Shown piece by piece: positions 15,001 through 30,000 of a stretch of 64,000 nt of DNA. This DNA comes from Veleropilina oligotropha. Lineage: Eukaryota. The stretch covers positions 62,001-126,000 of the forward strand of contig JBEUKZ010000014.1 of NCBI GenBank assembly GCA_048128005.1, written 5' to 3'. The translations under genes were made by a program, and so were the position numbers. Position 1 is the first letter of the stretch. Every line of letters starts with the position of its first letter. The notes under the pieces are model-generated. The model saw only the letters and a program-made list of their open reading frames with translations, ran no database searches and was not told where the DNA came from.

Positions 15001-18000
15001 AGCTTCGATCCAATCCACTTTGATGTACCGATTCTCTTCGATCAGCACTAAGCAATGTTGAATCTTGTCAATGATTAGCAGAGTGTGTGCTTTTCAATCA
15101 CACTCAAATCATTTATGTGTTGTACATGCCTTTTAACAATATTACCAGTCCAGTATACCCGATTAATTTTCTTTTCCTTATATATATTGTTTAATGCTAC
15201 TGTTGTAGATCCTGTATAAGGAAAGTGAACATTCTTCGGGTAAAAATGATGAGAAGAACAAGGACACTGCATTGGAGGAAGGTAGTCATGGATATTTATT
15301 TTAAATGTGATGTTGAAATTAGTTAATATGATGTCACGACCACGAACTATTGTCAAATAGTAAATTTCACATTCAACATGGCGGCTATAAGATGAGATAC
15401 AATCCTCGAGTTCACATTTGTTCGTTAATTAATGTTGCTTGCTTTTTCAGATGACATTAAAGTCGAGGACGTCGAGAAGGAAATGGAGATCGAACAGAAG
15501 GTTGCCGAGGAAGAGTTACGTAACGCTGCGGAGGAGAAAGCAGAGAGAAAGGAGAAGGGCAAAGATGAAGCGAAGGATGAGGAGCGGATGGACGAATCCG
15601 TCCTGCAACACGACGTGGAAGGTACACCGTCCACTCCCGATATTAATGACTTGGACTCTTAGTTGTATATATATCTCATTGTTATGAAATTTATCAGTTC
15701 ATGCATGCATTGCTATCATGATCAGGCCGCTTCGGCAGCGCAGTGGGTAAGAGTGTCCACTCTAAATTCACTGGCTTGATTCCGCTAATGCGAACAGTAG
15801 TGGGTTCAATACCTGGCAGAGGCATTGACATTTGTTCAAGTTATGAATCACAGTTGTCCACGACTGGCCGAAGAGGGCGGGTTTACACGGGCGACCGGGG
15901 TTTCCTCACGCGATAACACGGACATGTCCTGCCTTGAACCTCGATGTTGTAAATATACAGGACATTAAGCATCATTCCTCCCTCCCTCCCTATCATGATC
16001 ACGACGGCTGGTTCTGACTAAGTATTATTGGAGTGAGGGACAATTTTGAAAATACACTTATTATATTGTAGGCGTCATTTGTTGCAATAGGGCATGGAAT
16101 ATGTTTATATGAAAATGGACTGTGACCGTTCTGCATGGACACGTGCGCCTCCATGCAGAAGAAATATCTGTTGTTTGTTTGACTTTGTGAAACAGCTAAG
16201 CTCCTGCTTGTAAAATGGGTATTTATGAACAATTATATATGAATATATATGTATATATGAAAGAATGTGTTTAAAATCTTTCAAAAGGGGTACTTTAGAA
16301 CAACTGAGGGTTACAATCATGACCAACTTATGCATGTAACAAGCAATCGGACTGCATTCTTTATGATTTGATAATGATATGTTTGGAAACATTTTCAGAA
16401 GAAGACGACACTGGCAGCTTAATGAAAACCCAGTTCGAGGCCTACATTCTGTCGCTTCCGAATTGTGTAAATCGTGATCTCATTGACAAGGTACGAGGAA
16501 TGTTAAGTTATCGTTGGCACTTTTACCTTTTTGATAATAGCGATATTATATTTAGTGATTGACGTGTGAATGTGATGTTTCAAAATGCATTTTGGATTAA
16601 TTTTGTTTCCAATCCTTAAGTGAATCAATCTAGCTAGTCATATATCAGCAAATTGATGATTTCATCACAGACCACAATTGGTACATGATAGACAAATTAT
16701 TATGTGAAAGTCTGCCTCTGTCGTACAGTTATAAGAGTTTTGATCTGTTTACGTTGACTGGGCTTCTTCTCCTCGATAGATCAACTGGTAGAGCATCGGA
16801 AAAACTACAAGAGGGACAGGAGGATGTGGGTTCAAACCCCCGCTCCTGCGTGGCTATTCTAACACTTAAAACTGATAGATTGCCATATCCATAATGTTTG
16901 TTGGTCAGATCGGAGCGAGACCTAAAACCGGGTGTCCAGACTACAATACAACTGAAAAATTGCTAAAAGTAGACGTAAAACAATGTTGCCAACCAACCCC
17001 ACTGTGGGTTAACTTCGAGATCTGTCAGGGCTGTCCTTAACCAGTAAAGGGCGAGCGATTTAACTAATTAATCCAGATAATATGAATATGTTTCAATCAA
17101 TGACAATATACATGTACTCCAATTCCCATCAAATCAATAAAATTTTAGCCTCCAAATTTGCGTAACTCTCAATATTGACGGAATGATTTAGACTCTTCAT
17201 CCTTCTTATATCCACAAATTGAAAGTAAACATGTAAGCTGATCCTATATTATGTCCCCACACATTATAATGTGCAGATCATTATAATTTATTTCAGGCAG
17301 CTGTGGAATTCTGTATGAATTTCAACACAAAATCTAACAGGAAGAAATTAGTCCGAGGACTGTTCACTGTCCATAGAACCAGGTAGTTATAAAAATATGA
17401 TTCGTTAATTTATCAATTCAAGCTATATTCTGAGTTCAGATGAGGATGCAGGGTGTGCATGATCATGAGACCAGCAACCCTTATAAATTTGATAATATGA
17501 TCAAATTGCATGCCAAAAGTTTTAGGAACAGCGTGACTAATCTATAAGAACTACTGTCAGTTTCATCTGCGGATTAAATTAATTATGATTTATTTAAATT
17601 GTGACACTAGATAACTTTAAAGGCTTTATCATCTAGCGCATGTTGTACCTTTTCAGGTATGATCTCTTACCATTTTACTCCCGCCTGGTGGGCACTCTCT
17701 ACCCATGCATGCCGGACGTCTGTAACGATCTCATGCAGCTTCTCAAAGGAGACTTCAAATGGCATGTATGTCATTAGAGGATATACCGTATTTATTCTAT
17801 ATATCGTGCCTGGCTCTTAACTTTTATTATGAAAGAGGTCGCCATAAATAGGGTACTAATAATATGAAGCCATAATATTATGTTATAATTTCTTACTACA
17901 TTTCTTGAAATAGACATTTAAGTCTGTCCACCACTAGTTTTACACCTGGTCCAGTAAATCGAATATATAGCATTCAATTTCCAATCCTCCAGCTACCGGC

Positions 18001-21000
18001 AAATGTGTATACTCGTCAGTGGTTATGATGCAAACAAATTTTCCATCATGTTTCAGAAACAAATATACAAGTTTGCTAATTTCTATCGGAACGTGTCCCA
18101 CCACTTCGAATTGATTGTTATTTTCGATACCTGCGTCCAATATGTGGAGTCCACACAGATTTATAAACGTGTAAGCCTCTTGCATGCGATGCGACCTCAT
18201 ACATTCACATGGTCAAAGATATAGGTCAAACCGATTCCCAGACAACATCTGTCTAGTAGCATCGGCACATGTCGATGCTTTTCGTCAAGTCTGGCAGAAA
18301 CTCTCGTCTCGTTCACCGACTGTGTCAGTAAACAACAACAAGATCGCTGTAAATACTAAGTGCTATATACATGCCGATTACATTAGACAAATATTCGTGA
18401 AAAATCATTATTGAAAAAGTGGAGGGCATTATACTTGGAATGGGCACGATATATGGATCAAATACGGTATAATATGATTTGTGCAGGTCTTGTACAATGC
18501 AGTAGCGTTTATCTGTTATGATGCATACGTTTTGGATTGTAATCTGGCCTACAATTATTTGTGGAGCTAATGGTTTCATGCGAACTAAACACTTTTTTTA
18601 TGGCACATGCATTCAATAAATAGACTATTTAAGTTACCATTTGTATTTTAGCAATAAATGATATGGCTAAAGACAATATGATAGACTTCGTTTGTACTCG
18701 ATCTCTAGACATTTTTAAAATGTATTAACTTTTAAGTTAACTTAATATATTGTTATATGCTTATGGAAACATGATACGTGTTTAGTGTGTAACATTTGTT
18801 GACTTGTTGATGAATAGGCCAAAAATGAATGTGTATACAGCATGCATCTGCTTAACACACCATCATATGAAATAAATTTAGATAAGAAAATTTGTATCTT
18901 GTTTTCTACAGCTGAAGAAAAAGGATCAAATTAACATTGAGTCCAAACTGAAAACCGTTCGGTTTATTGGTAAGTTATAAGTGCTTACAGTTACATTGCC
19001 TGTAAGTAGCAAAAAATACTTAATTTTAAACCATAGACCGCAAATATATTTTTGACAGTTAGCCGAATTTAGAAACTGCAAAATTTACCAAATATTATTT
19101 AAACAGGGTCCCTGGAGTGCTTACAAATTAAAAGTAAAAAATAATTAAACTGGGTCACATATGAGTGGCGGACATTTCGTCGAAAGAAATTTCGTCAAGT
19201 TGCAATTGGGCACTGCCGAAGATAACTGTCCGCTTCGGCAGCGCAGTGGGTAAGAGTGTTCACTCTAAATTCACTGGATTGATTCCGCTAATGCGAACAG
19301 TAGTGGGGTCAATACCTGGCTGAGGCATTGACATTTGTTCAAGTTATGAATCACAGTTTTCCGCGACTGGCCGAAGAGGGCGGGTTTACCCGGGCGACCG
19401 GGGTTTCCTCCCGCGATAACACGGACATGTCCTGCCTTGAACCTTGATGTTGTAAATATACAGGACATTAAGCATCATTCCTCCTTCTCCGAAGTTAACA
19501 TGGGCATTGTGGAAAGTTGAGCTGCAACATTATTACAATTTTACTATAATTTTACAATAATGTCACATCGCATGAAATTTTATAGATAAATACAATTTTC
19601 TTATTTGACAAAACGTCTACATGGTTCGTTGAGACGTCTGATGAAACAAATTTGCGATGATACGCTGTTGGACATATATTGAACAGATTTCCACCAAAAT
19701 GGCCGCCGTTGAACGGTGGCAGCGATTTCAGCGAAGATTTTTTTATTATAAAGCAGCAAACAATGTATATATAAAGTCTTCCATTTCGAATTAGCAAAAC
19801 TTTTTATAACATCCACATATATATGTAAGTAAGGCATTGTAGAGCCATGTGTGATCATTGCGGGCAATACAACTTTAATGCAATGCCACGAGATGATCTT
19901 CTGTTACTTGCATATTGCAATTGTTGTTCGATTGTGTAACAATGTAACATGTTTGCTCAATGATAGTTTTAGATCTTTACTACCACTCCAATTATTGAAA
20001 ATTCTGCTTGTTTTCAGGTGAAATGGTAAAATTTCAAATGTTTCCAAAGGCTGAAGCACTTCACTGTGTGAAGGTAATAATGTGAAGTAATGTGATCATG
20101 AGTGGAACACGACCATAATTAAGCCAGAGAGAGCATGAGAGGATGTGCTCCTAATATTGATCAAGTCCCATGAATCCACATCAACCGAAGGCGGTAACAT
20201 CAGAATAATTGAATGTATATAACATGCTGTATAGTTAATTTTGTGGATTCAGAACTAGTTGTTATATATGCTTGCTGTATTGCAGATGCTGATGTTTGAT
20301 TTCTCTCACCACAACATTGAGATGGTCTGTTCATTATTGGAGAGTTGTGGTCGATTTCTCTACAGATCGCCAGATTCACATCACAGAACCAAAGTCTACC
20401 TGGTGAGTCACTATATAGGCTGACAGGTATGGTCGCTGTCACAAATAAATATCTATATCATATGTCATATCCCAGGAAAATAGTCAGGGATACTTTGCTT
20501 TTGTCTATGTTTGGCCGCATCTGCAGATATTTCTTGTTTACACTCAACTGTCAATAGTTATTCTTCGACTTGCTTCAAATTTGATATGCACAGTAGTTGT
20601 GACGAGGTATCTACCCAAACGACATATGATGTTTCAGAAAGTTATGTTTTACTTTGTGTGCGTAACTTTTCCAATGTTTATGATTTCTAATGTTAAATAT
20701 ATTTTTTCAAGGATGTGATGATGCGTAAAAAGACAGCATTGCATCTTGACAATCGTTACACAGCGATGGTTGAGAATGCGTATTTCTACAGCAATCCCCC
20801 TGAAGCTTCCACGATATTCAGGAAGGTCCGACCACCTATGCACGAATATATCAGAAAACTTCTGTATAAGGACTTGTCGAAAGTCACAACGGAAAAGGTA
20901 TCAAATGACTTTATGATTTGCTTTTCAATTACCATCAGAGCTTATTTATGAATTTTATTGTCTATCAGTTTTGAAAGATCATTTCTGACAGTTTTACAAC

Positions 21001-24000
21001 CACATACAAGACATGTTAAACTTATTTAATAATTGTCAATTGTGACAAAATGCAATTTTAGTGTTCGGAGTAGTAGCGCCTATTAGAGATTAGATAGCTC
21101 TGTTATTCCATGTTGTAAACTAGCTAACAGTAATATTTTATTGTAAAATAGATTGTTCATGGTCCTAAAGGATGATATTGTAGTTATTTTTTTACTTACT
21201 TTTAGAACTTTTTTTTGAAACTGAAATTTCCGACATTTCGGCCATTATCGAATGGCCTTGGTCACGTGATGTTCGCTCTTGCGTAAAGGATTGTCTGAAC
21301 ATCTCGCACGTATCTTCAAATCACATGGCATCACCACCTACCACAAGCCGACCAACACCCTAAGATCTCATATAGTACATACAAAGGACAAGACCCCCAA
21401 GGAAAACCAGTGTGGCGTCATATATAACATGTATCACATGGGACCAGGATACGAGCCACACATACGTAGGAGAGACTAAACACACTCTGGCCACCAGGTT
21501 TAAAGAACACTGAAACCTGGACAAACCCACAGCAGTTGGGGATCACTGCAATGCTACGGGTCACTCTGTGTCGATTGGTAACACCAAGGTTCTGGCAAGG
21601 GAGGAGAACTGGCTCAAACGAAAAATCAAAGAGTCTATCCATATCATCTGCCGCATGCCATCTATGAACAGAGACCAGGGATACCAGCTGCCCGCCATCT
21701 ACCACCAGGTGATCAACACGATTCCTGAGCAGCAGTTACGCAAGAGCGAACATCACGTGACCAAGGCCTTTCGATAATGGCCGAAACGTCGGAAATTTCA
21801 GTTTCAAAAAAGTTCTAAAATTAAGTAAAATAAATACCTACAGTAATATTTTATTTATTGGAATTTTGAAGTAGATGCAGTGGATTCCGCTTAGGGCTAT
21901 GCCAGTAAAATATCTCGCCCACCCACTGACTCCAGGTATATATCGCTTCTATAGGTGGTTACAAAATATAGAAAATTATTCTATTATTTATCATTGTTTA
22001 AATAAATAACTACTGTTGATGGTCCCCTTTTGAAAAACCTGGAGTCAGGGGGTGGGGTAGATATTATATTGGAATAGCCTTTATTTGTATTGCGAGATTG
22101 TCGCGATTATCCGGATTATGCGTTTAACCGTTTTAATAAGTTGGTAAATTTCGGAAATTGTTTTTCCCCGGAAATCGACGATAATTACTTGTATTTAAAA
22201 TGGTTAGACCTTTATTATAAATGTATGTTCTGGTATTAAATTTATTTGTAAAGAAGAATTTTTCGTCATGTATTTAACCTTCCATAAATACAGATTGTAT
22301 GCATAATATTTTGTGGTTATTCTGACCTGAAGGTGACTAGCCTGTTTCAGTAGAATTGATGTGGGTTTTGAAAGTGTATCGTCGCATTTCATAGGTTACT
22401 ATGGTGTGAAAATTCATATTCAAAACGTTTCTCTTCTGCTGAACACGTGTCGCGTTTTTGGCCACCATGTTGAAAAATTAGTCTATGTTTTAATCTCTAA
22501 TCGATTTTTTTTACAATTATTGAATAATGATTTCTTGAGATTTAATTATTTCAGTATATTATGATATGATATAATAAACTTTATAAGACGTTGTCTTCAT
22601 ATATAAATTAAAATAATAATTAAATCACCATAGGTCGCAACGACGAAGTTACGTCTATGAACACAAGGGAGATAATATTTTTAATTTTGGAAGAACAGCC
22701 ACGTTAATTGTTACAAGTGTTGTTGTTGTCTTATAATTGTGTACTTTATCGGCGAACTAAGTGATGTTCACATGAATATATGTAAACCAATTTAAACCAA
22801 TTTAAAAACCGCATAGATGATTATTTTAAGAAACAGGGCAGGCTATAGATGACCAGAAACGACAATGGGTTTTAATATGAGTGGCAGTAATGCACTTCCT
22901 AAACCCAAACAAATTCTATTTAAATATATTTAACGGCACCTTTTACATTGATTCGTAAGCCTAATCTTTGATTTCGCGTTAAGATAAACCCAAATGTCTG
23001 TCATTTGGACTCTGGACAATAGATTTTTAATCCGATTATCATGTGTGAATGTGCTAATTCCGAAATCAGACAAAGGTGTTCGTTTATTGACCTCATTATT
23101 TTTAATTTAGCAAAAGACAAATATCCCTTGTCATGCCGACACAATGTTGAGCCTATTTCACTTGATCGTTCGATATCCGCCATCCGATAATTCCCTGACT
23201 GACATCGCTCATTTCCATAACATTTCTGCACTGAAACGATGTTTACCAAACTTTCAGTTCCGACTTTTTCCGGAATTGAAAATTATTTTGGAACTCGCGA
23301 GGTTGCAGAAATGGTTAAAACATCTTTACGATGGCGTAGCAAGACATACTGCCAAATACGAATTGCCAAGTATTTTTATCAATTTAACGATTTTATTGTT
23401 TTGTCAATTATGCGGTCGAAAATTTCTTATGCAAATAAGCGAAAATCCGGTAATTATGCATGAAATTAAGCGATTATTTGCATATGATAATAATAGTAAT
23501 CTATATTCTGTTCCTGCAGATTTTATGCAAATATCAGAAATATGCAATTAAGCTTTCTACAATTATTAATAAGTGGAATCCACTGTACGTATATGCAAAC
23601 AATGTTACATGATTACCGTAAATTTGTTGGATGATCAATTCTTTATCACGTCAATATCGTTTATTTTCCAGGTTTTGAGGCAATTGAGAAAATTGGATTG
23701 GGATGATCCAGAGGTAATTAATAGTCAAATTTATGTATTATTTTAAACATTCAAGAAGCAAAGATGTTTTAGAATTTCTGATATGCATAGCAATATAATA
23801 ATGTTCTGTTGATTCAGTGTAAGAACGTTGCTTTCAATGGACTATACCTACTTTGCTATTACATGTATCTGGAACTGGGTTTGTTATGTATACATGCAAT
23901 TTTATTTCCCATCTTGGCAATAATATAAAATCTATCCAGTTTTACAATACAGAACTGTGAAAGAATAATGTCTATTGGATCTTATTTGCAGATTGCTTTC

Positions 24001-27000
24001 TATACAACAAAGTGTTTGACGGCGGTCTGGAATGTTCGCTACAATTCTGTGCATTGTATGGCGAGCCTGCTGGCTGGGCTCGCCCCTTATCATGTGAGTT
24101 AGAGTGAGAATAGTTATATTGACTATAATAGTTATAATGAGTATAGTTATAAAAATAACTGTCCTCGATTGCTCAACTGGTAGAGTGGCGGAAAAACGTT
24201 AAGTGGGAAGGTAGGATGTGGGTTCAAATCCCCACTCTAGCCTGGATTATTCGAAAGGTTAAAACTAATAGATGGCATTTCGCTAAATGTATATCGGTCA
24301 GATCGGAGTGAAACCTTAAAACGGGTTTCCCGACTGCGATAAGGCTGAAAAATTGCCAAAAAATCGTCGTAAAACAAATTTAGCTACCAATTCAACCTAC
24401 CTAGTTATAAAAAGACATAGCTGAGGTAATATGACATCACTGCATTAAAAACATAATTATAGTCTTTTGTTAATGTTTGACACTGTGGAATTATATAATA
24501 TTATATTAAATAAAATTTGTGAATCTTAAATTTCCAAATGGCAAGAATAGATTTATTCATGAAAAGATATATATTAAATAAAATAAATGCTAGTTTTGTA
24601 AGGTGTACGTAACATGTTGCAGTTGAAAAATGTTTAATTTAGATTTTTATCTTTATTTATTAACAAAAATTAGCATAGTTTTGTTTCTGTTTTTGCAGGA
24701 GACGGTTGCAATTCAAGTTGTAGATGGAATTTTGGAAGACGTCAGAATTGGAATGGAGGTATGGAATGGATTGTCGTGTCTACATTGGTCAGGATTTGTA
24801 AGCAATTTAGACTAGACTGTCTCTCATGACTATGCTTTGCTAACATACAAACAGACTTACACAGGTGAAAATATAACCTAGGTGGAACTAGTATTCATCA
24901 TTAGGTTGCGTAACACTTGTTGTTATACTCACTTCTACGACTCTCTCATTTTAGATAAACCACCCCCGCTACAACCAGCGAAGGGTGAGTGAAGTGAAAT
25001 ACCTGGGAGAACTTTACAACTTCAGGATGGTGGAATCATCGGTCATCTTCAAGACATTGTATTCATTTATTACATTTGGAGTGTCTATGGATGGTAAGTA
25101 TATCTATAACAAGACAGAAGATGGATCACATGTTATTAATTAATCTAGAGAATGGCAGGGTAATAACCAACCGACCATATTTATGGTCGTATTTAGTATT
25201 AGTTATATGTGCTGTTTGATAAGTCAACGAGATTCTAAATTTATTTTGAATGAGGGTTTTAATTGTCTCATTTAACACGTAGCTATAGGATAGTTATATC
25301 ATTATCTGAACATGTCTAAGTTATCATAGTTTGGAAGCCATGAATGTCCAGAATAGTGCACACCTTCAACCACTCACACCTTTGAAATTTTGGTTTCAAC
25401 TGGTAGGTCTTGGATCTTAACTTGGTAGTCCAGCCAGGTCATTATGAGTGCATATAGGCAACACTCTTTCTTACCCATTCCACCAATGGGGCGGCCTACC
25501 TGTCATGCAACTGTATTAATTTTGTGTTTATCCAGTTGCCTCCTATATAACTTGTAAATAGTGAAAGCAGTTACCCTGTTTGATATGCTATTCTTCCTGT
25601 TACAGAGGCAGCTCCTTCTCCATTGGATATTCCTGACCATCTCTTCAGGATCCGCCTGGCCTCTGTGATACTCGATACCTGTGGGCAGTATTTTGATAAG
25701 GGATCAAGTAAAAAGAAGCTGGATTGCTTCCTTGTGTATTATCAGGTAAGGAGAGTTTGTGAACAGATCATGTCGATCTGTTAGTTCCCGCCGCAAGTGA
25801 AGCGGGGGACTAGAGTATTCGGCTCCGTACGTTCGTCCCGTCTGTCCGTACGACCTTTTTTGCGCAATATGTCAAGACTGAAAGAACCGCTTTCATTGAT
25901 ATTTGGTGGATATATGCCTATGGGGATACCGCCGACACCAGTCGTTTATGGTGACCTTGACCTCATTTTCAAGGTCACAGGGTGCACTTGACTATTTAGC
26001 TCATTCAATTGTTGTTAGCGCGATATCTCAAGACTGAATAAGCCGATTATATGGGGGGGGTTTGAAGGCAGTCGATATATTTGTCCATGGGTTGTTGTCA
26101 ATTACCAATTTCTAATTAAGGCTTCCGGTGCGAGAAGCCTTATTGTTATTGCAAAGATTATTATTATTATTTATCTGCTGTTTCAGGTAAACAGCAATTA
26201 CTCTGAAACTACGTAAGGCACACATTTCAAATTTTCAAGTATAATAGTGCCATGCGGGGGACAAATGTTGATGTGTAAATGTATCTCATTGGTCATATAT
26301 TTTGGCGGCCATTTTGATTATTGTTAAAATCTATTTAAATATTCTCCTCAAAAACCTCTAATCCGATAGAGGTGGAATCTTGGAAACCAAATCTGTATAT
26401 TATGGTGAAGACATGGTGTTTATTTTCAAAGCGGTACAATGCCCAAGATGGCCGCCAGACAAATTTAAAGTTATGAAATTAGGGGGTCAATTTTTAATTT
26501 CGTCAAATCCAAATAAATTGTGTAATTTCGTTACGCAAAATGTAGTTCTGGTGAAATTATAATGCTATCAGCCAAAAAAATTAGGTGAAATGTGAAAATT
26601 AGAAGCATTTTAAGAATCAATCAAAATATTTTGTAACAAGGGGCCGTAATTCGGTAACCACTCACACCAGACATCTCAAATTTTGACAAGTGACAGAATG
26701 TGGGACATTATCAACAACATTCTCGCATTATGTTTGATGTCAGTGAAACATTATAGCCGTAAGTTTTGCTTCTAAGTTAAAATAATCGAGAGCTTGCGAT
26801 ATTTCAAATAAATCTTTTTTTACATAACATAGCGTCACATAATTTACACTGATAAGCGACCACACTATAATCTACCATTCCATTTCATGCATATCCATTC
26901 AGTAATTATTGATTTATTGCGAGAAAAGTTTTGTCGACCTCGGCGTGTTTTGATGAAATTGACAAATTTCAAAATTGTATGAAATTCGATTTAAGAACGA

Positions 27001-30000
27001 TAAATCAACAACAATTCTCACAGTTCTTCTCTGGCCGAACGGATATAGTTCTCGGCTTATGAAGTAGCAAAACCAGACATGAGGGTTCGAATCCTGTAGG
27101 AGTAGTATAAAATGGTTTTATAATTCTTTTAATTTTTCAAGTTATTATATCTAATATACCATTGTCATATAATATATATGTAACACCTTATAATTTGAGA
27201 CGTATCAAATGCGACGTGTTTAATGTTGTAAAATGATTGCAATGTTCCAATTGAGCATGGGAATTGGATATTCCACGCGATATTACGATATTATTTATTG
27301 TATTATGTGTTCAACGAATCCCGAAAAGCTTATGATTAGGAAATCGACACCCTTGATTAATCCGTGCGTTTGTGGTGTGTGACTTGCGATTTGGAATTCG
27401 CGCATAAAATTGTGTGTCGAACGGTTCGGTTATAAGCGTCAATAAACTGCAGGTGAGATTCTGCTTTATTTTATATTAGATTAATTGTGTTTGTAACATT
27501 GTAGATTATTTCATTTGAACACGTATTGTCGGGAATGGTAGACTTTGATGTGTATACCGTATACGTTAACGTATTGACTGTTAATGTTGGTCATTGTTCT
27601 AATATTAATATATGTAGCTTGTGCATGCATCTGTGAGGCGGTGGGGGCAGGCATGTGTGAGGGGGTGGGGTTAATCGGTTGGAGGGGGTTAATGGGGCAT
27701 TTTGTGTGGCATTTAGTGTGCCATTTAGTGTGACGTTTAGTGCGATGTTTAGTGCGACGGTTAGTGCGACGTTTCATGTGGCGTTTAGTGTGACATCTGA
27801 GTAAAGTACAGTAATGCTATCTTTTAACTCGTGATTACATTTCTATAGGTTGTCGTATTATCAATTTTAAATTATTCAAATATATAGGTGATGGTCATTT
27901 GAGGAAATGCAATTCTATAGTTGGCAGGGTTGAAATAAAAGTGCCTTCAAACCCCCCATACCACTTTTTCTGGAACAGCCCTGACCCCATTTCACCACAT
28001 TTTTCCTGTCACAGGAGGCTCTTCACCGATATATTCATTTTGGCATCCTAGATTCACTCAATAACATAAGAGGGGGACTATTGCCACTTTAGTGGCAAAC
28101 ACTTGTTTTGTTTTGATTTTGGTTTGGATTGATGTTTATTATCCAACACCCTCCGAGTTCATGTAGGGATGAACTGCAGTTTAGTTGCGTTTATGCTGGT
28201 ATGAACGCAAGCAGCAATTACATCTTCTATGGAGCGCATTAGCGCTCCATATAGAATAATGTAATTGCTGCTTGCGTTCATACCAGCATAAACGCAACCA
28301 AACTGCAGTTCAATCCTTATATTTACATTAGTTTTTAACCACAATCCCGAAAAAATAAACATAATATTTAGTTTGTTATGATGTACATAGTTATTATTGT
28401 ATATCGTCAGGTAACGTCCAGTGAACGGAACAGCCTTTCCATTGAGCCAAAAAATAATTCCTGTAAGGATTTCATTCTGTGGTAAAAATAATGAACAATA
28501 TTGTTAAATTCAATTCATAAATTTATTTGATATTAAATATATAATGTAAATTTTACATTAGAGGCAAAACATTTTATGTATAACAATTTTATTATAACAA
28601 GACACATAGTGCGATATTACTACGCCTTGCCTATTTTCTCTATTGCGTTCATAGTAGTATGAACGCAATCAAACTGTAGTGAGCTAAATAGCAGACGATG
28701 TAAATATATTACGACATGCATAATTATGTGCCCCGTCATCCAACAATACATGCCCACCACGGCCAGTTATTATAAACCACTAGCAATAAATAACTGTATT
28801 AGTAGCAATATACTCTACGTCATTACCTATGCCATAATAGCCCTATTATCGCTAAACCGGAAACTGTGAAAAAGCGTTTCACTTTCATTTAAACTTACAC
28901 GCTTACCCCCCCTGCTCACCTCTCTAGCGTTCCTCCCACGAGATCTGCCCAAGTCTCGCGAGACCTCAGAGACCAAGACAGATCTGGTATCCTTTTTAAG
29001 TCTTCCGTCAGTCTGTCCGGACGTGCTTCAGTCTAGTCAAAACATAGACTATTAGAAGTTACTTTTAAACAAGTTTCTTTCGCACAATATTGTGCCGTTC
29101 ATATTCATATATGAACTAAAGAAGTATTTTAACTGTGTTCGGAGTATTAGGCCGAGTTAACAAATTTTAAAAGTTGTGAGATTCTGGCCACGAGGTTTTC
29201 GGCCCGCCATCTTGGAGTTTACAATGTAAAGATCTAAAGAGGGCCGCTCAGGAGGGAACGTTCTTCAAGCAGGAAAGCTTCGCATAGGCGAATCCTTTCA
29301 AAGCAGGAAGTGTTTGGGTTCTAATATTGCTTGAAATTACTTGTAATTCATATATATATTAGATAATTCCTTAGCGGCGTATCTTGCTTAAATTCTTAGT
29401 AACTTTGTTCAATCGAATTTAGCGTCGCTAACAAGGCAGATATTTAGGTATTAACGTGCGTTATTTAGCCTATCTGCCGAATCTGGGATATTTCGCCAAC
29501 GCTCTAACCTATTGAAATCAACATCCACGAGGTTTTCAGGTGTTTAAAGGCGGCTGTTTCTATATATAGCCTCCTACTATCTATATATCCGCCTGCATTC
29601 AATTTGTTAGTGTCCGACAAGCCGTTTTAATAAAGCTTGTACGTCGGGCTTGGTTTATATTCTAGTCGGGTTACTTGTCTGTTCTTCGGTTGTACCGAAG
29701 TGTGATTCATAACATTTAGGGTCAATATCCGGTCTTTTCCTTTATACTCGGATTAGAGACCCCTATATAAGGTGTAGTAGTTTAACACGAAGCGTACTAC
29801 CCGGATATCACTAAATTTCCCGGTTCCCACTACCTTTCCTACCCGTGTAACAGCTATGGTCCGTTGCAGTGAGCCTGAGTGTAACCAAAAGATACACAGC
29901 TTCGACAAGCATTCGGTATGTCGCATACACCGTAGTTGTGCTAAGAGATACCCCTGTGCTAAATGTCTACTTTTAACGGATCGGCAGTGGGCACTCATCT

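Noticed and set aside
15725..15830. tRNA gene
   Set aside because: Only A/B-box-like head of a multi-copy SINE with tail and TSD; no full cloverleaf.
27511..27777. ORF with TK(R/H/C) repeats
   Set aside because: Translation of a short 12-bp tandem repeat (TTTAGTGTGACG-like) within a TE.
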